This document shows positions 23,700 through 36,150 of a stretch of DNA of 64,000 bases, in pieces. Position 1 is the stretch's first letter. Each line of letters opens with the position of its first letter. The notes beneath the pieces were generated by a model that was not told where the DNA came from, made no database searches, and saw nothing but the letters and a program-made list of their open reading frames with translations. Position numbers and translations under genes: made by a program. Origin of the DNA: Eledone cirrhosa (taxonomy: Eukaryota); the NCBI GenBank assembly GCA_964016885.1, contig OZ024743.1, forward strand, positions 63,860,001-63,924,000, written 5' to 3'.

Positions 23700-26600
23700 A
23701 TAATGAACTACATAAGAGCTACAAGAAAACTACTATGAAAAACTTAGAAGAAATTAATATAGAAGGCCGTAGTATAGTGTCCAAACTAGGACTTCAGAGA
23801 CATACACAACCATACACCCCCCCACCCCTAGATTCTCTCTGAAGGACCATAAGGAGGATTTTATTAGCAACCCCTCTATTAGACTAATCTGCCCTTCCAA
23901 GTCTGACATTGGCATTATCAGTAAGAAAATTTTAGATAAAATCATCCCACAGATTAAACACAAAATATACCTTAAACAATGGGGAAATACAGGTGAAGTT
24001 ATTGAATGGTTTAAGGATATCAAGGAAAACAAAGATAAAAAATTTATTCAATTTGTTATCAATTCATACTACACCTCTATTTCCCCTATCCTATTAAATA
24101 AGGCACTAATTATGGCCATGAACAATAGTGACCTGACTAGACCCCAGATTGATATCTTACTTGCGGCCCGTAAAACCGTAATCACTTTTGAAGACCAGTT
24201 ATGGACCCGCAAGGATACACATAACAACTTCGACATAACCATGGGATCTAGTTACTCGGCGCATGTCACTGATTTGATGGGCCTATACCTACTAAACGAA
24301 ATCCATAAGGACCTTCCATACCTTAACGGTGGTTTGTACCGCGATGATGCACTTCTCCTTATAGACTATAACAAATTTAATATAGAAAGAATTAGAAAAC
24401 TATTGCACAAGACTTTCAAAAACTATCAAAAACCTAAGTATCACCATAGACAAAAACACTAAAAACATTAACTTCCTGGATGCCACCCTCTACCTAGACT
24501 CTAGGATATATACACCATTCCATAAACCTAACGAAAAACTGATTTACGTAGATACCAAGTCTAACCACCCTAGATCAATATTAAACTCTATCTCTAAGGG
24601 AATATCCAATAGAATCTCTAATCTATCTTATGACGAAAACATATTTAACAAAAACTCACAATATTATAATCAGGCATTAGCTAGATCAGGCCATAATAAT
24701 GAGATCGAGTTCCTACCTACAAAAACATATAGTTACAACATTATTTCACACAATATGTCCATGAGGAAAAATAGTAATACGAATAATAACCACACACACA
24801 CTAGTACGAAGGGTGGCAACAAACGTAACCCACACTAGGGAGGTCACCAAAATACCATAAACGGAAGCATCTCACCAGACATAAAAAACAAAAATAAAAG
24901 AAGAAATAATACATTTTTCAACCGCCCTTTCAATCTAAACGTCTCTACCAACCTACCTAAGGCTTTCTTCTCACTTCTGGCCACAAGTACCATAGTCTTA
25001 TAAACAAAAACACCATTAAAATCTCCTACTCTACCACGCCTAACATAGTATACCACATAGCTAGTAGCAATAAGAGAACAATTAATACTTACTTCCAACA
25101 AACTAAAACACGGCAGGAGGTAAACCTTCAAAACAACGTTATATCTGCAAACCTTGATATCAATAGTAATAATAGTAATAGAAATAGTGAAATCAATAAC
25201 GCTGGGAGTGACAACCCCCATAGCTATAATGCAATACCTAGCAACCAGACTTCTACACAACATAATAACCGGCAGGTTAACATCCAAAATTATTGTAACT
25301 GTAGATCTAATAGAACCTGCCCTTTAGATAAAAACTGCTTAATCAAAGACATCATATACTCATGCACCGTCATAACTAGCAACTCTTCTGAAACCTATAT
25401 AGGCTCTACTTCGAACTGCTTCAAAACCAGATACAATTCACACCTCCATTCTTTCAAAAAACACAGTCAAGTCAACTCTACTTCACTATCTAGCTACATA
25501 CACTATCTAAAAACTAGAAATAGATCTTATACACTTAAATGGGAAGTGATAGGTAAGGCGGCATCGTACAAACCACCTAATACATTCTGTAACCTCTGTC
25601 TACTAGAGACCCATACTATAATCTTCTCAAACCATAACCTCCTTAATAAAAATCGGAAGTGTTTGCGTCGTGCCAGCACCGCTTCCGGCACTCCTTCCAA
25701 AACTTTAAACCCAATATATAACAATGTCAGGCTTGAACCCATCACCACTTCTAACACCACACCTCAAGGGCACACCTTACACTCTCTGATCCACCCTATC
25801 TTGACACAAATCATTCCATCTATCTATAACTTTATACCCTAGAAATATCCCCATAAACACCTACTTTTAGTATAATTACTTTCAATTATTTATAATTATA
25901 TAGTGATACAATACAGTCTATATAAGCTTTAAATACCAGATTCGGCAATGAATTATATATGCAATTGTATTTATATGTATGGAGTGATAACATTGGATAT
26001 ATATAAGATTAATTTATTAACATAAGAGATCTGTCTAACTTATATGTTGAGTGCAATGAATTATGTATGAATAGCATGTGAGTTATATATGCATGGATAA
26101 CTTGATGGATAGATTAATGACATTGTAAATGAGGGATGTATTTGTCTGCCCTAGAGATGTGTTTGGCTTTGCCATGCAAACAGCCATACGCTGCTCCAGA
26201 ACTTACCAGGGGTTATGTAGACATAATTCTAATAGGTCCCCTGACATGTTCTGAGTGTAGACTACATTTGCAGTGAACTTTGATATAAAGATATGGCTCT
26301 TTGTATGGAGTATTCAGTTATAGCACTGTATGATAGGGAGTAATCATCCTAATATAGATACCTTTAGTACATAATGATAGAGTAAACTGTATTTAAAATT
26401 GGAAACTGGATATAAATATATAACCGTCTATATAAGGGACTCAATTGAGGCACCTTATATATGTTAGAACAATGAATTTAGTTATGGAAATCAGCTAGTT
26501 ACCTCCCCTTACGCATTAACTCCCCTTAATTACACACATATTCCGGATAATAAACCGCTCTAAATTCTCGCAGCAGAATCAACCTATTCTATAAATTTGG

Positions 26601-27181
26601 ATTAAATAATACTGAGCCGCAATATGCTAAAATAATTTAATTTAATGCATCAAACATCCAATACGGAATCATCGTTACTTATGTGATGGATGGAAAAACT
26701 ATATTTACTTTTCCTGAATGTGAAAATTGTGGTGGATACGAAAACCATAACTTTCTTTTGCTTCTCCTTTTTATTTTTATTTTTCTGCACACATACTTTT
26801 TTATTATATACAAAAAATACCTTACCACTACAACCACCATAATACTCTTACTTACCCGCTTAAAGTGTTTGTATTACATGTAACACCCTGCCACACAATA
26901 ATCATATATAAATGAGACACACTTGCATGCCCCACGTGTAACTAACGCATACACTAACTATTACATTTGACTAACAAACTATCCTCTTGCATTATCTGTG
27001 TTAACTGCCGAATGTATTTTAATTTTAATTTTAATTTTGATTTTGATTTTGAATTTGAATTGCTATACAGAAATAATATAGTATAATATATGTCACTCCA
27101 CTGTACATCAATATATATATATGTATCTGTATGTCTCTTGCGTTGGAAAGGAGGTCAATTATGTGTACAAACATTGAAAAA

Positions 27182-27228
27182 TGCTCCGAAGACTCCAAGC
27201 CTAGGTTTGGATGAAACAATTGTAAGTG
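27182..27228 (+). ncRNA. Hammerhead variant in the Penelope pLTR; inverted copy at 23093-23139
   Basis: tgct CcGAAGA ctccaagc ctag gtttggat GAAA caattg TA agtg, then AATAAA; U4C core variant in both copies. Confidence 0.65.
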
Positions 27229-27444
27229 AATAAATGCTTTGAACATAGCTTTGATTCTTGTGAATTCTATATAACTGCTCTGTAGAACAACTGATGTTAT
27301 TACATTGAGCTATTTATCTTACTGGTAATAAGGTAGTAATAAATTACTCACCTTCACTGTTTAGGATTGAAAATATACATAACTATAAAAAGTTTTAGTA
27401 TATACATAACCATAAATAGTATCCTTTATATTATATATATATAT

Positions 27445-27640
27445 ATATATATATTTATTAAAATAACAGATTAAAGTTTAAGCAAAGAATCGCTGCTTTC
27501 ACCCTTAACTAAAATAATCAATCTGAACCGAGAAGTAAATATTTCGAAAAACGTTGCAACCGAAGGAAGACAGGAAGACGATCGAGCCCTCTTTGGATTT
27601 TAGCCTTCAAATTTATTATTATTACTATATATATATATAT
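27445..27640. repeat. Short (TA)n-inserted dispersed repeat; inverted relatives at 36795-36955 and 52449-52605
   Basis: Both ends match the reverse complement of those loci; interiors differ. Confidence 0.7.
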
Positions 27641-27876
27641 TAGAAAGTGGTTTTTTTTTTACAAAATGAAAAATAACTGAGGTGTCCTACACGAGTGAAA
27701 GTATAAAGAAAAAAAGATGAAATCGAAAATGCAACTGGAGTCTTACTTTTAAAAAAATATATATATTTATTTGGCTCCTTTACCGGTTTCGCAGTTCTGC
27801 TTTTCAAAAGTAGAGTTGAGATGGGGGCTCTGTGGTTTTTATCACATGTGAGAAAAACCACAGACCCTCCATCTTT

Positions 27877-28079
27877 TATGTCCATTTTATTTGACAAGCT
27901 TCATCTTTTAATTATCATCATCATCATCATCATCATTCTCATCTTACCGGTCTGAGAATTGAACTCACAATGTTTCGATTGCAAGCCCAATGCTCTAACC
28001 ACTAAGCCATGCGCATATGAGAATGATGATGATGATGATGATAATTAAGAGATGAAGCTTGTCAAATAAAATGGACATA
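27877..28079. repeat. ~63-66 bp inverted repeats enclosing an isolated SINE tRNA head (27946-28014, minus strand)
   Basis: tatgtccattttatttgacaagcttcatc...(cat)n versus (atg)n...gatgaagcttgtcaaataaaatggacata. Confidence 0.85.
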
Positions 28080-28306
28080 GCTTGTTGTTTCCTCACTCAC
28101 TCAATAATCAATTATGTTCATATTAGTTAAATTCAAACCCAACTAACTGGTTTGAGTACACATATGCATTAATCAGTGAGGAAGACGATTTCGTGTGGGT
28201 AAGATAATTGAGATACCCGGACCGTTGTATCAGTGTCTACAGTTCCGATCTGCTGACAGCATCGGGCTGCGTGGAATAACCATGTGCAGAATATTACGTA
28301 ATATTA

Positions 28307-28356
<50 letters not shown>

Positions 28357-28562
28357 ATAAATATATACATATATACAAGCAAGACACGGTCACCCGACCC
28401 AACTTGCCTCAAGTGGGACAAACCTGCCTAACTCATGCTAGCATGGAAGATAGACATTAAACGATGATGATCATGCTATATAGTTAATAAATGAAACAAA
28501 ACAAAACACAGAAGGCAAAATTACACAGTTATATTAGGTTCACGCTTGGAGGAAGTAGAGGA

Positions 28563-28602
28563 GTTTGCAACATTTCAGGCAGAAGTCCTTCTTCAGGAAA
28601 GT
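28563..28602 (-). ncRNA. Decayed minimal hammerhead of Penelope pLTR type
   Basis: CTGAAGA agg acttctg cct GAAA tgtt gcaaa; stems I and III imperfect. Confidence 0.45.
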
Positions 28603-28914
28603 TCAAATAAGGAGAGAACAGATAGAGGTATGAGTAGCACAAAAAGGTTAGGAAAGTTTGAAAAAAATAATGGGGGAGGTGGGTGAGAGGTCTGTCCTGG
28701 GAGGGATAGGGTGGAGGCTATGTTGTGGCATGGATGTGGTTGTGTGTGTTGAAGGGAAGAAATTAGCAGATGTGCATGGTTTCAGTCTATGTGTGGGTGT
28801 GGTATATATATATATATATATATATGAAATAAATTTTAAGACAAAAACTGCATTATCATATATCTTCTTTTTTTTTGACAAAAATTGCATTATCATGATA
28901 TATATATGTAAAGT

Positions 28915-30720
28915 GATGGTGACACACCAAAAAGTGCCCAGTCCACACTGTAAAGTGGTTGTGTAGGTGTCACGACAAAAAGTACTCAGACCACACTGCA
29001 AAGTGGTTGTGCAGGTGTCACAACAAAAAGTACCGAGTTCACACTGTAAAGTGGTCATGTAGGTGTCACAACAAAAAGTACCCAGTCCACACTGTAAATG
29101 GGGTTGGAATTAGGAGGGGCATCCAGCTGAAGAAACCAAGCCCAAATCAGTTCTGTATGTGCAAGACATGGTCACCTGACCTAGCATTGCCCATAACAGG
29201 ACAACTCGTCTAACCCATACGAGCATGGAAGAATGGACGTAAAACGGTGATGATGATGACGATATATATATATATGTTCATATATGCTTGTATATATGTA
29301 TAAACCTCACAATGGAGATGACAGAGGACCACAGGGTATAGGGGTCTTGTGGTAAACTTTACTGGAGAAGACATGCCTCCCAGTATAAGAGTGACAAGCT
29401 ATGCACCCTATCAAGTAAAATTACTCCAAAGTCCCTTCAGAGGAACTCCATTTCAGCCATTTTGTATTTGTGATCATATTCTTTCAATTATTACCAAAGA
29501 TTCATGACCATACGTAAGGGTTGACATGAATACTGAATTGAAGATAGCAAGTTTGGCTTTAACCCCTACCTCTCTTTTGATAACTGTATATTGAAGCCAT
29601 TTTGGCTGTTTGTATTAGCGATTGTACATTTTTGGTCATTACCCACCACACCCATGATAATTGCCACCATTCTTCCCACCTATTGTCACTTACACATAAC
29701 ATGATATTTATTATTTTTCTTACCTCCTTTCCTTATAGTTCCCCCCATAAAATATTGAGGGTTCTTCATTCAAGTTAATGGCAGAAAACCTCCTAGTGCT
29801 AATGCCACAACAAAACACACCCAGTACACTCTGTAGAGTGTTTGGTCTTAGTAACGGTTTCCAACTGTATGAAACATACCAAAAAGTGTTGAAGGAAACT
29901 TTTATTCAGAACATGACAACCTCTCTAGTGCTGTTGTCAATAGAAATGCACCCAGTACAACCTGTAAGGTGGTTGGAGATAAGAAATACATCCAGCTGTA
30001 GAAACCATGCCATAAAAAGAGTTGATAGGATGCTGCAGTTGTATCAAGGACATGACAATCTCCTTAGCATTGGTAACACTAAAGAATGTACTCAATACAT
30101 TCTGTAAAGTGGTTGACGAAAAGGAAGGGCATCAGGCCATAGAAAACTTGCCAAGCAAGGGGTCACAAGGCATGGCAACCTCCCTAGTACTGAAACTATC
30201 ATAAAATACACCTGGTGCAGCCTATAAGGTGTAGAAACATATGTAAGCGAAATGTGGCCTCATGCTCATCATAGGCTGGTAGCTCCGAATAATTATTGAC
30301 TTAATCTGTGACGACTCATCCAACCCTTGCTAGCAGGGAAGATGGGTGGTAAATGATTATGATGGTGATGTGCATATATATATCCACACACACACACACA
30401 CTCACAAAAGCATCCAGTCAACCCTATAAAGTGATAGTGCAGCTGCTACAACCAAAAAGCACCCAGTCCACTCTGAAAGGTGATAGTGCTAGTGCCACAA
30501 CAAAAAAGCACCCAGTCCACCCTGCAAAGTAGCAGTGCTGGTGTCACTCTAATATACTCCCAGACACACAGTAAAGTGGTCAGCATTAGGAAGGGCGTCT
30601 AGCTATAGAAAACCAAGCCAAAAATGGTACATATCAGCAGGGCGTGGTCACATAATTTGTATGGCCTCAGAAGGTGAGAACCTGTCAAATTCATGTAAGC
30701 ATACAGAAATAGACATTAAA
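28915..30720 (+). repeat. RTE 3'-UTR-derived ~44-bp repeat arrays and 3'-end retrocopies: young at 28915-29265, degenerate at 29790-30720
   Basis: cacactgtaaagtggtcgtgtaggtgtcacgacaaaaagtacccagtc units followed by the gaagggcatccagctg motif. Confidence 0.7.
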
Positions 30721-31479
30721 CAGTTCTGAAATAAAATTATAATAAGTCTGCATGGGTGGGTGGAATAAGTGTGTGTGGGCGGGGTGGAATAAAGGGGGGT
30801 TTAGAATAAATGAGGGATTTGGAATAATCGAGGGAGCTGGAATAAGAGAGATGGCGGGGAATAAGCGGGGTGTTGAAATAAGTGGTGGTGGTGGTATCTG
30901 TGGAATAAGCAGTAGGGTTGAAATAAGTGGGGGGGGGGGGGATAAACGGGAGTTGAAATAAGTGGGGGGCTAAATGTTGGTGTGTGGGGGGGGGGAATAA
31001 ACGGGGGTTGGAATAAGCGAGGGAGTTGAAAAATTGTTAATTTTTCTAGGTTGTCTCCGTTGTTTTATTTTAAAAAACCAGAATTAGTAGTTTAGTTTAC
31101 ATATTGAGACCCCCCCCCCAACCCTTCCTATTTATTTTATAACGTATGGGATTACTAGTAATGTACTTTTTTTGTCATGTATAATGTTTTTTAATGTCTA
31201 AAAAAGTAAAATAAAATTTTGCTGGGGATACATTTGCACAATTTAATAAGCTACAGCAGGGTTTGGTGGGTTGGAAAGATCTTAAAAATGAACAAGTGGT
31301 GTAGGGTGGAGTGTGGACGATTATTTGAGACACAAGTGTACTTATGTGTAGGCGTGGAGTAGGAAGATTATATGGAGATAATATTACTGTAAGATGTTTT
31401 AAATGGGAATAGTTTTTATCTTTTTTTTATTAGGTGTGTCATTGTTGAAATAAGCTGTTTGTTAGATAACACATAGTTC

Positions 31480-32118
31480 ATGTGTATATATATATATATA
31501 TATATATTTATATGTACATACATATATGTATACAGACGTACAGTAGTATGTATATATATACATACATGCAGGTATCAGTGTTTAGGCAACCACGTCACCT
31601 TTTTGTTCAACACTGACACAGGCACTTACTTAAAGTATGTATACGTACATACCTATAGGTATGTACACAAGATTTATCGTTTTCCGTGTGCCTGGCCAAC
31701 TGAACTCACTCGATATGCAAATTAGGCTGCACAGCCGTTAATATGCATCAAGAAAGTATATACTTTCAGACGTTCAACCATCTGGCAGGAAGGTATACGA
31801 TGCTGACGATAGCTAATAAGCTTGAAACTAATACATCATTCCTGTGTCAGTGTTGAACAAAAAGGTGACGTGGTTGCCTAAACACTGTACGGCGTAATTC
31901 GGGCTGTTTGTTTGTTTACAAACAAACAAACCGAGCATTATAATAAATGTTCGGTAAACCGATACGTGCATATATATATGTGTGTGTGCATGTATGTATA
32001 TATATATACATACTATTGTACGTCTGTATACATATATGTATGTACGTATACATACATACATTTAAGTAAGTGCCGTACTAAGAGTGAGAAATGAAATTTC
32101 GTTTCATTCTATTCCATT
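31480..32118 (+). repeat. Third copy of the ~405-bp hammerhead unit, preceded by scrambled inverted fragments of itself
   Basis: gatg CTGACGA tagctaataagctt GAAA ctaa TA catc at 31799-31837; 31577-31622 inverts 31841-31887. Confidence 0.8.
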
Positions 32119-32176
32119 TATATATATATAGTTAAATAAGATAACAAGGACGATTGGTTACTCCATTACGTTTATT

Positions 32177-32262
32177 GGTTGGTGACGCGCGCTTCGCCAC
32201 TGATCAGCTCAAGGTTCGATCTGTATCGATCTGACCTGACTCTGTAATCCGTGGCTCGTCCC
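32177..32262 (-). ncRNA. Truncated/mutated hammerhead with long stem II
   Basis: (gg)GACGA gccac...gtggc GAAg cgcgc GTC accaacc AATAAA. Confidence 0.55.
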
Positions 32263-32268
32263 TGGATT

Positions 32269-32667
32269 ATCATCATCATCGTCATCATTTTACGTCCACT
32301 TTTCCCCGCTTGCAAGGGTGGGATGGGAATTGATTCTGGCTTGATTTCTACAGCTGGATGCTCTTCCTAACACCAACCTTATTTACAGTGAGTGCTGGGT
32401 GCTTTTTTCCCGTGGCGCCTACAACACGACCAATTTATAGTGTGGGCTGGGTGCTTTTTTTTTTTTGCTGTGACACCTCCACGACCACTTTGCAGTGGAA
32501 TGATAGGGACCCCAATCCTATCATCTCATTTCTACAGCTGAGTAAACTGGAGCCATGTGAAATAAAGTGTCTTGCTCAAGGAAACAACACATCACCCGGT
32601 CTGAGAATTGAACTCACAACCTTTCGATTGCAAGGCACATGCTCTAACCACTAAGCCATGTGCCTCC
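32269..32667 (-). mobile_element. CORE-type tRNA SINE with RTE-like tail
   Basis: Reverse complement of 16707-17057 with one extra 3' repeat unit. Confidence 0.88.
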
Positions 32668-33099
32668 ATATATATATAGAAAGGCTTCTACAGGACCAGA
32701 ACTGTTTCATTCGGTCAATTTGACCGAATTCAGTCAATTAGACGGAATGAAAGAGTTCTTGTCGTGTAGAAGCCATTGAACCTGGACTAATGTATATATG
32801 TATGTATGTCAAAGGGCAAAGGAGCTCTTAAGCGTCAATGGCCATCCAAAATCATCGGGTGAGATGACCCCTTAGCCTTTGTCAAGGCAGAATTCTAGGA
32901 GAAGAAAAACTCTGATATAACACCTGCAACCCTGATGGTATCCAATGATGTTGACTTGTTCTTCTTTTTGGTAAATATCATCTTGGTTAAGAGAGTGGGA
33001 CTGGCTTTGTGCAGTGCCTTTGCTCACTATAAAAGCTTCACAGCACAGGCATTGCTTTATATCTGGAGATCTCTCTGCACTTGTCGTCACATGGTACCA

Positions 33100-33415
33100 T
33101 GGGCCCAGCACTATGTGTCAATAATTGTCACAAGTGTAGTGTTTGTACCAGAGTTTTCAAGTCGCTGGCTGGACTAAAACGTCACACTCGTTCAGTGCTT
33201 CAGTAGGGGTTCTCCTACATGGATATAAAGTAGTGGCCGTACTCGAAAACGAGTTGGCAGCCACCATGTGTGTATGTATATATATGTATGTGTGTGTATA
33301 TGTATGTATATGTGTATGTATGTATATGTGTTTGTGTGTGTATGTATGTATATATGTATGTGTGTGTATGTATGTATGTATATGTGTATGTATGTGTATA
33401 TGTGTGTGTGTATAT
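33100..33415 (+). mobile_element. 3' end of a LINE with a C-terminal C2H2-like finger and (TGTA)n tail; duplicate at 48679-48997
   Basis: CSVCTRVFKSLAGLKRHTRS, stop, short UTR, microsatellite tail. Confidence 0.5.
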
Positions 33416-33658
33416 CAGTTTTCACCCATCCTACAATGATTTACCTGAGATATCTGTATATCAGATAGTTTGCCCCACCCCAGACCACAGAAGGTATATG
33501 TCAACCCAGACTTCAAATTTCTCACATTCATTGAAGCTAGACATGGATGACTGATTAAAGGATTTGCTACCTCACAATTTTAGATATACATACTTTATAC
33601 AACAGTTAAAAAAGCACTCAATACATTAGTAAAATAAGTTTGATTACTTTGAATAAAT

Positions 33659-33833
33659 AATTGTTTCTACTTTTGGCACAAGGCCAGCAATTATCCCAGC
33701 CTATTACTGGTACTTTATTTTATCGACCCCGTAAGGATGAAAGGCAAAGTTAACCTTGGGGGGATTTGAACTCAGAATGGCAAGCGTCAAAGCACGGCAT
33801 CCGACCCTCTACCGATACTGCCAATCCACCGCT
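33659..33833 (-). mobile_element. SINE family 2; duplicate at 49240-49414
   Basis: Reverse complement of 10708-10889; flanking direct repeat attactttgaataaataa. Confidence 0.85.
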
Positions 33834-34543
33834 AATATTCATTATGTAATTCATTACTTTGAATAAATAATGAATGAATATTACATAATTTATCTACTAA
33901 ATTTCGTGGCTGTTGATTAAATATACTTTATTTATTTATAGATTCATTTCTTTAAAATTTCTGAAATGTCAACACTTCTGGTTGGCGATCGCTTGAATAA
34001 ACATACTAATTTTCTGTCACTAATTTTTTTCTAATGCAGTTTATATATAATATCGTCTTTTTTAAATGTATCATGGATTACTTTACTGATTACATAAAAC
34101 AGTGTAACGCAGTCTTCGTTCAATTTCTGTGTATATTGTCAATTACGATTTTATTTGATGTATCATATCTACATGTATATATACTTGCATATAATATCAA
34201 TATACACACTACACATGCTAGCAGAAAACCACCTGAAGGGTGGTTTTTCTGCTAGTATATATAACGGTTAATGGTAACAGCATAAATCAACCAAGGAAAA
34301 TATGTCACATTCTTTCATTTGACATTCCAGTCTCTGTGAAGCGTAAAGACTCGGGTGGATATTACTTTAGGGGTTCAAACAAAATTGCAAGTGTGTTACC
34401 CCCAAAGGATAGCGAGGAGGAGGTACTGAAAATGGTCAGTCCAGCTCATGGGCTTGATCTTGTGGATGGCCATCTCCAGCTTATTTGTAGTAAATAGGGA
34501 ACTGGTTTGGTGACTCAGGACACAAGGTGGTTCTACCCTTATG

Positions 34544-34887
34544 CGGCTTGTTCCAGCCATACCCATCCAAATCCCCCAAATTAGGGACCTGGTTCAGATA
34601 TCCAGGACCCTAGATATTTCTACTGTTATGGGGCTTGTTCCAGTCATATTCAACCAAACTCCTGAAATTAGGGACCTGGTTCAGGTATCCAGGAGCCCAG
34701 GTATTTCTACTGTTATAGGGCTTGTTCCAGCCATATCCAACCAAACTCCTGAAATTAGGGACCTGATTCAGGTATCCAGGACCCCAGGTTTTTCTACTGT
34801 TATGGGGTTTGTTCCAGCCATATTCAACCAAACTCCTGAAATTAGAACCCTGGTTCAGGTATCCAGGACACCAGGTTTTTCCACTAT
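34544..34887 (+). repeat. 87-bp minisatellite x4; duplicate at 50126-50462
   Basis: gggcttgttccag at 34631 and 34718; 29-aa periodicity in the overlapping ORF. Confidence 0.9.
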
Positions 34888-35612
34888 ATGACATCAGCTG
34901 GTACTTGGACATATGATATTACAGAACAGTATATACGTCATACATCTTGTTGATATACCAGAACATTCTAGTATATCAAATTTAACACCATAACAAACTG
35001 AAAGATTGTTTAGTCATCAACATCACCATCATCAACATATTCATCACCATCATTATCATCATCATCATCACTAACATCATCATGTTGGTGACATTACAAA
35101 AGGTGCTCAGCCCACACTGTAAAGTGGTTATGTTGGTGACATGACAAAAGGTTCCCAGCCCACACTGTAAAGTGGTCATGTAGGTGCCATGACAAAACAT
35201 ACCCAGCCCACACTGTAAAGTGGTCGTGTTTGTGACATGACAAAAAGCGTCCAGTCACACTGTTAAGAAGGGTATTCAGTTGTAGAAACCAAACCCAAAT
35301 CAGATCTGTATGAACAAAACACAGTCATCCGACCTGGCTTGTCTCACAATGGGACAGCTTGTCTAACCCATGCTAGCATGGAAAATAAATGTTAAACAGT
35401 GATGGTGATGATGATAATGATATATATATATATATATATGTTTATCCCGAGTTCAATTGGGGGTAACCACAGTAAGTAAGGTACTCAATGCATAACAGAA
35501 TATAAATATTTAAGATAGAAATGGCTTCTACAGGACTAGAACTGTTTCATTCAGAAGAAATCAGCAGGATGATTTCTTCCAAATGAAACAGTTCTAGTCT
35601 TGTAGAAGCCAT

Positions 35613-35968
35613 CATCTGTCTAACACACGTGGACATGCCTACAGAGTCAGAAAACAGCACAGCTTCAATGACTTTCGGAAACATTTTTTCAGGCTTAGAG
35701 TTGCTGAAGCATGGAACAAACTGCCTGCGTCAGTTGTTAGCTGCCGAGACACTGCATCTTTTAAAACCCTCATGCTTCCCGAAATTCGCCAAAACTAAAC
35801 CTGACGTCCCCCTTCCATACACATGCACACGTGTATATCATGACTCATGCACTGTTCATTTTCCTGACGTTTGTACATTACCCTATGTATTATACATACA
35901 CTTTTTGATGAGTTGTAGTGCACCTGAGCACTGTACACAATATTTTCATTATTATTATTATTATTATT
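35613..35968 (+). mobile_element. CR1-clade LINE 3' fragment with (ATT)n tail; duplicate at 51210-51565
   Basis: TRGHAYRV...RKHFFRLRVAEAWNKLPASVV...SFK is the typical CR1 ORF2 C-terminus. Confidence 0.85.
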
Positions 35969-36075
35969 TTATTATAAATATATATATATATATATATAGT
36001 GAAAAATGGAACGGGAACAAAACAGAGAGGCAGTACAAACAAAGGTTTATATGTTTTATTTATTTGTGATGATGT

Positions 36076-36150
<75 letters not shown>

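Larger units (their letters stand above)
23054..27267 (+). mobile_element. Penelope-like element (RT + C-terminal GIY-YIG), decayed, bounded by 138-bp inverted pLTR segments
   Basis: Frames RVRWR..FGFRT..PP..FENDL, ADKTNN, KDHK..RLICP, MGS, GLYRDD; linker CNCx5Cx5C at 25294; IIY...YIG; CNLC. 23054-23191 is the reverse complement of 27130-27267 (3 mismatches counted). Confidence 0.9.

Noticed and set aside
27352-27385. Possible minus-strand micro-exon with a gtgagt donor
   Set aside because: 31 nt long, so it would shift the frame between exons 1 and 2, and its ATG frame hits a stop; at most non-coding.
27520-27562. ctgaaccga-stem-gaaa motif; also ctgacaa...gaaa in the 36962 inverted repeat
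   Set aside because: Non-canonical core spacing and no closing stem I.
28915-29100. Regularly spaced ~44-bp repeats that look CRISPR-like
   Set aside because: No unique spacers and no cas genes; eukaryotic RTE 3' UTR tandem repeats.
34541-34912. ORFs with 29-aa repeats on both strands
   Set aside because: An 87-bp minisatellite open by chance; no splice or domain support.
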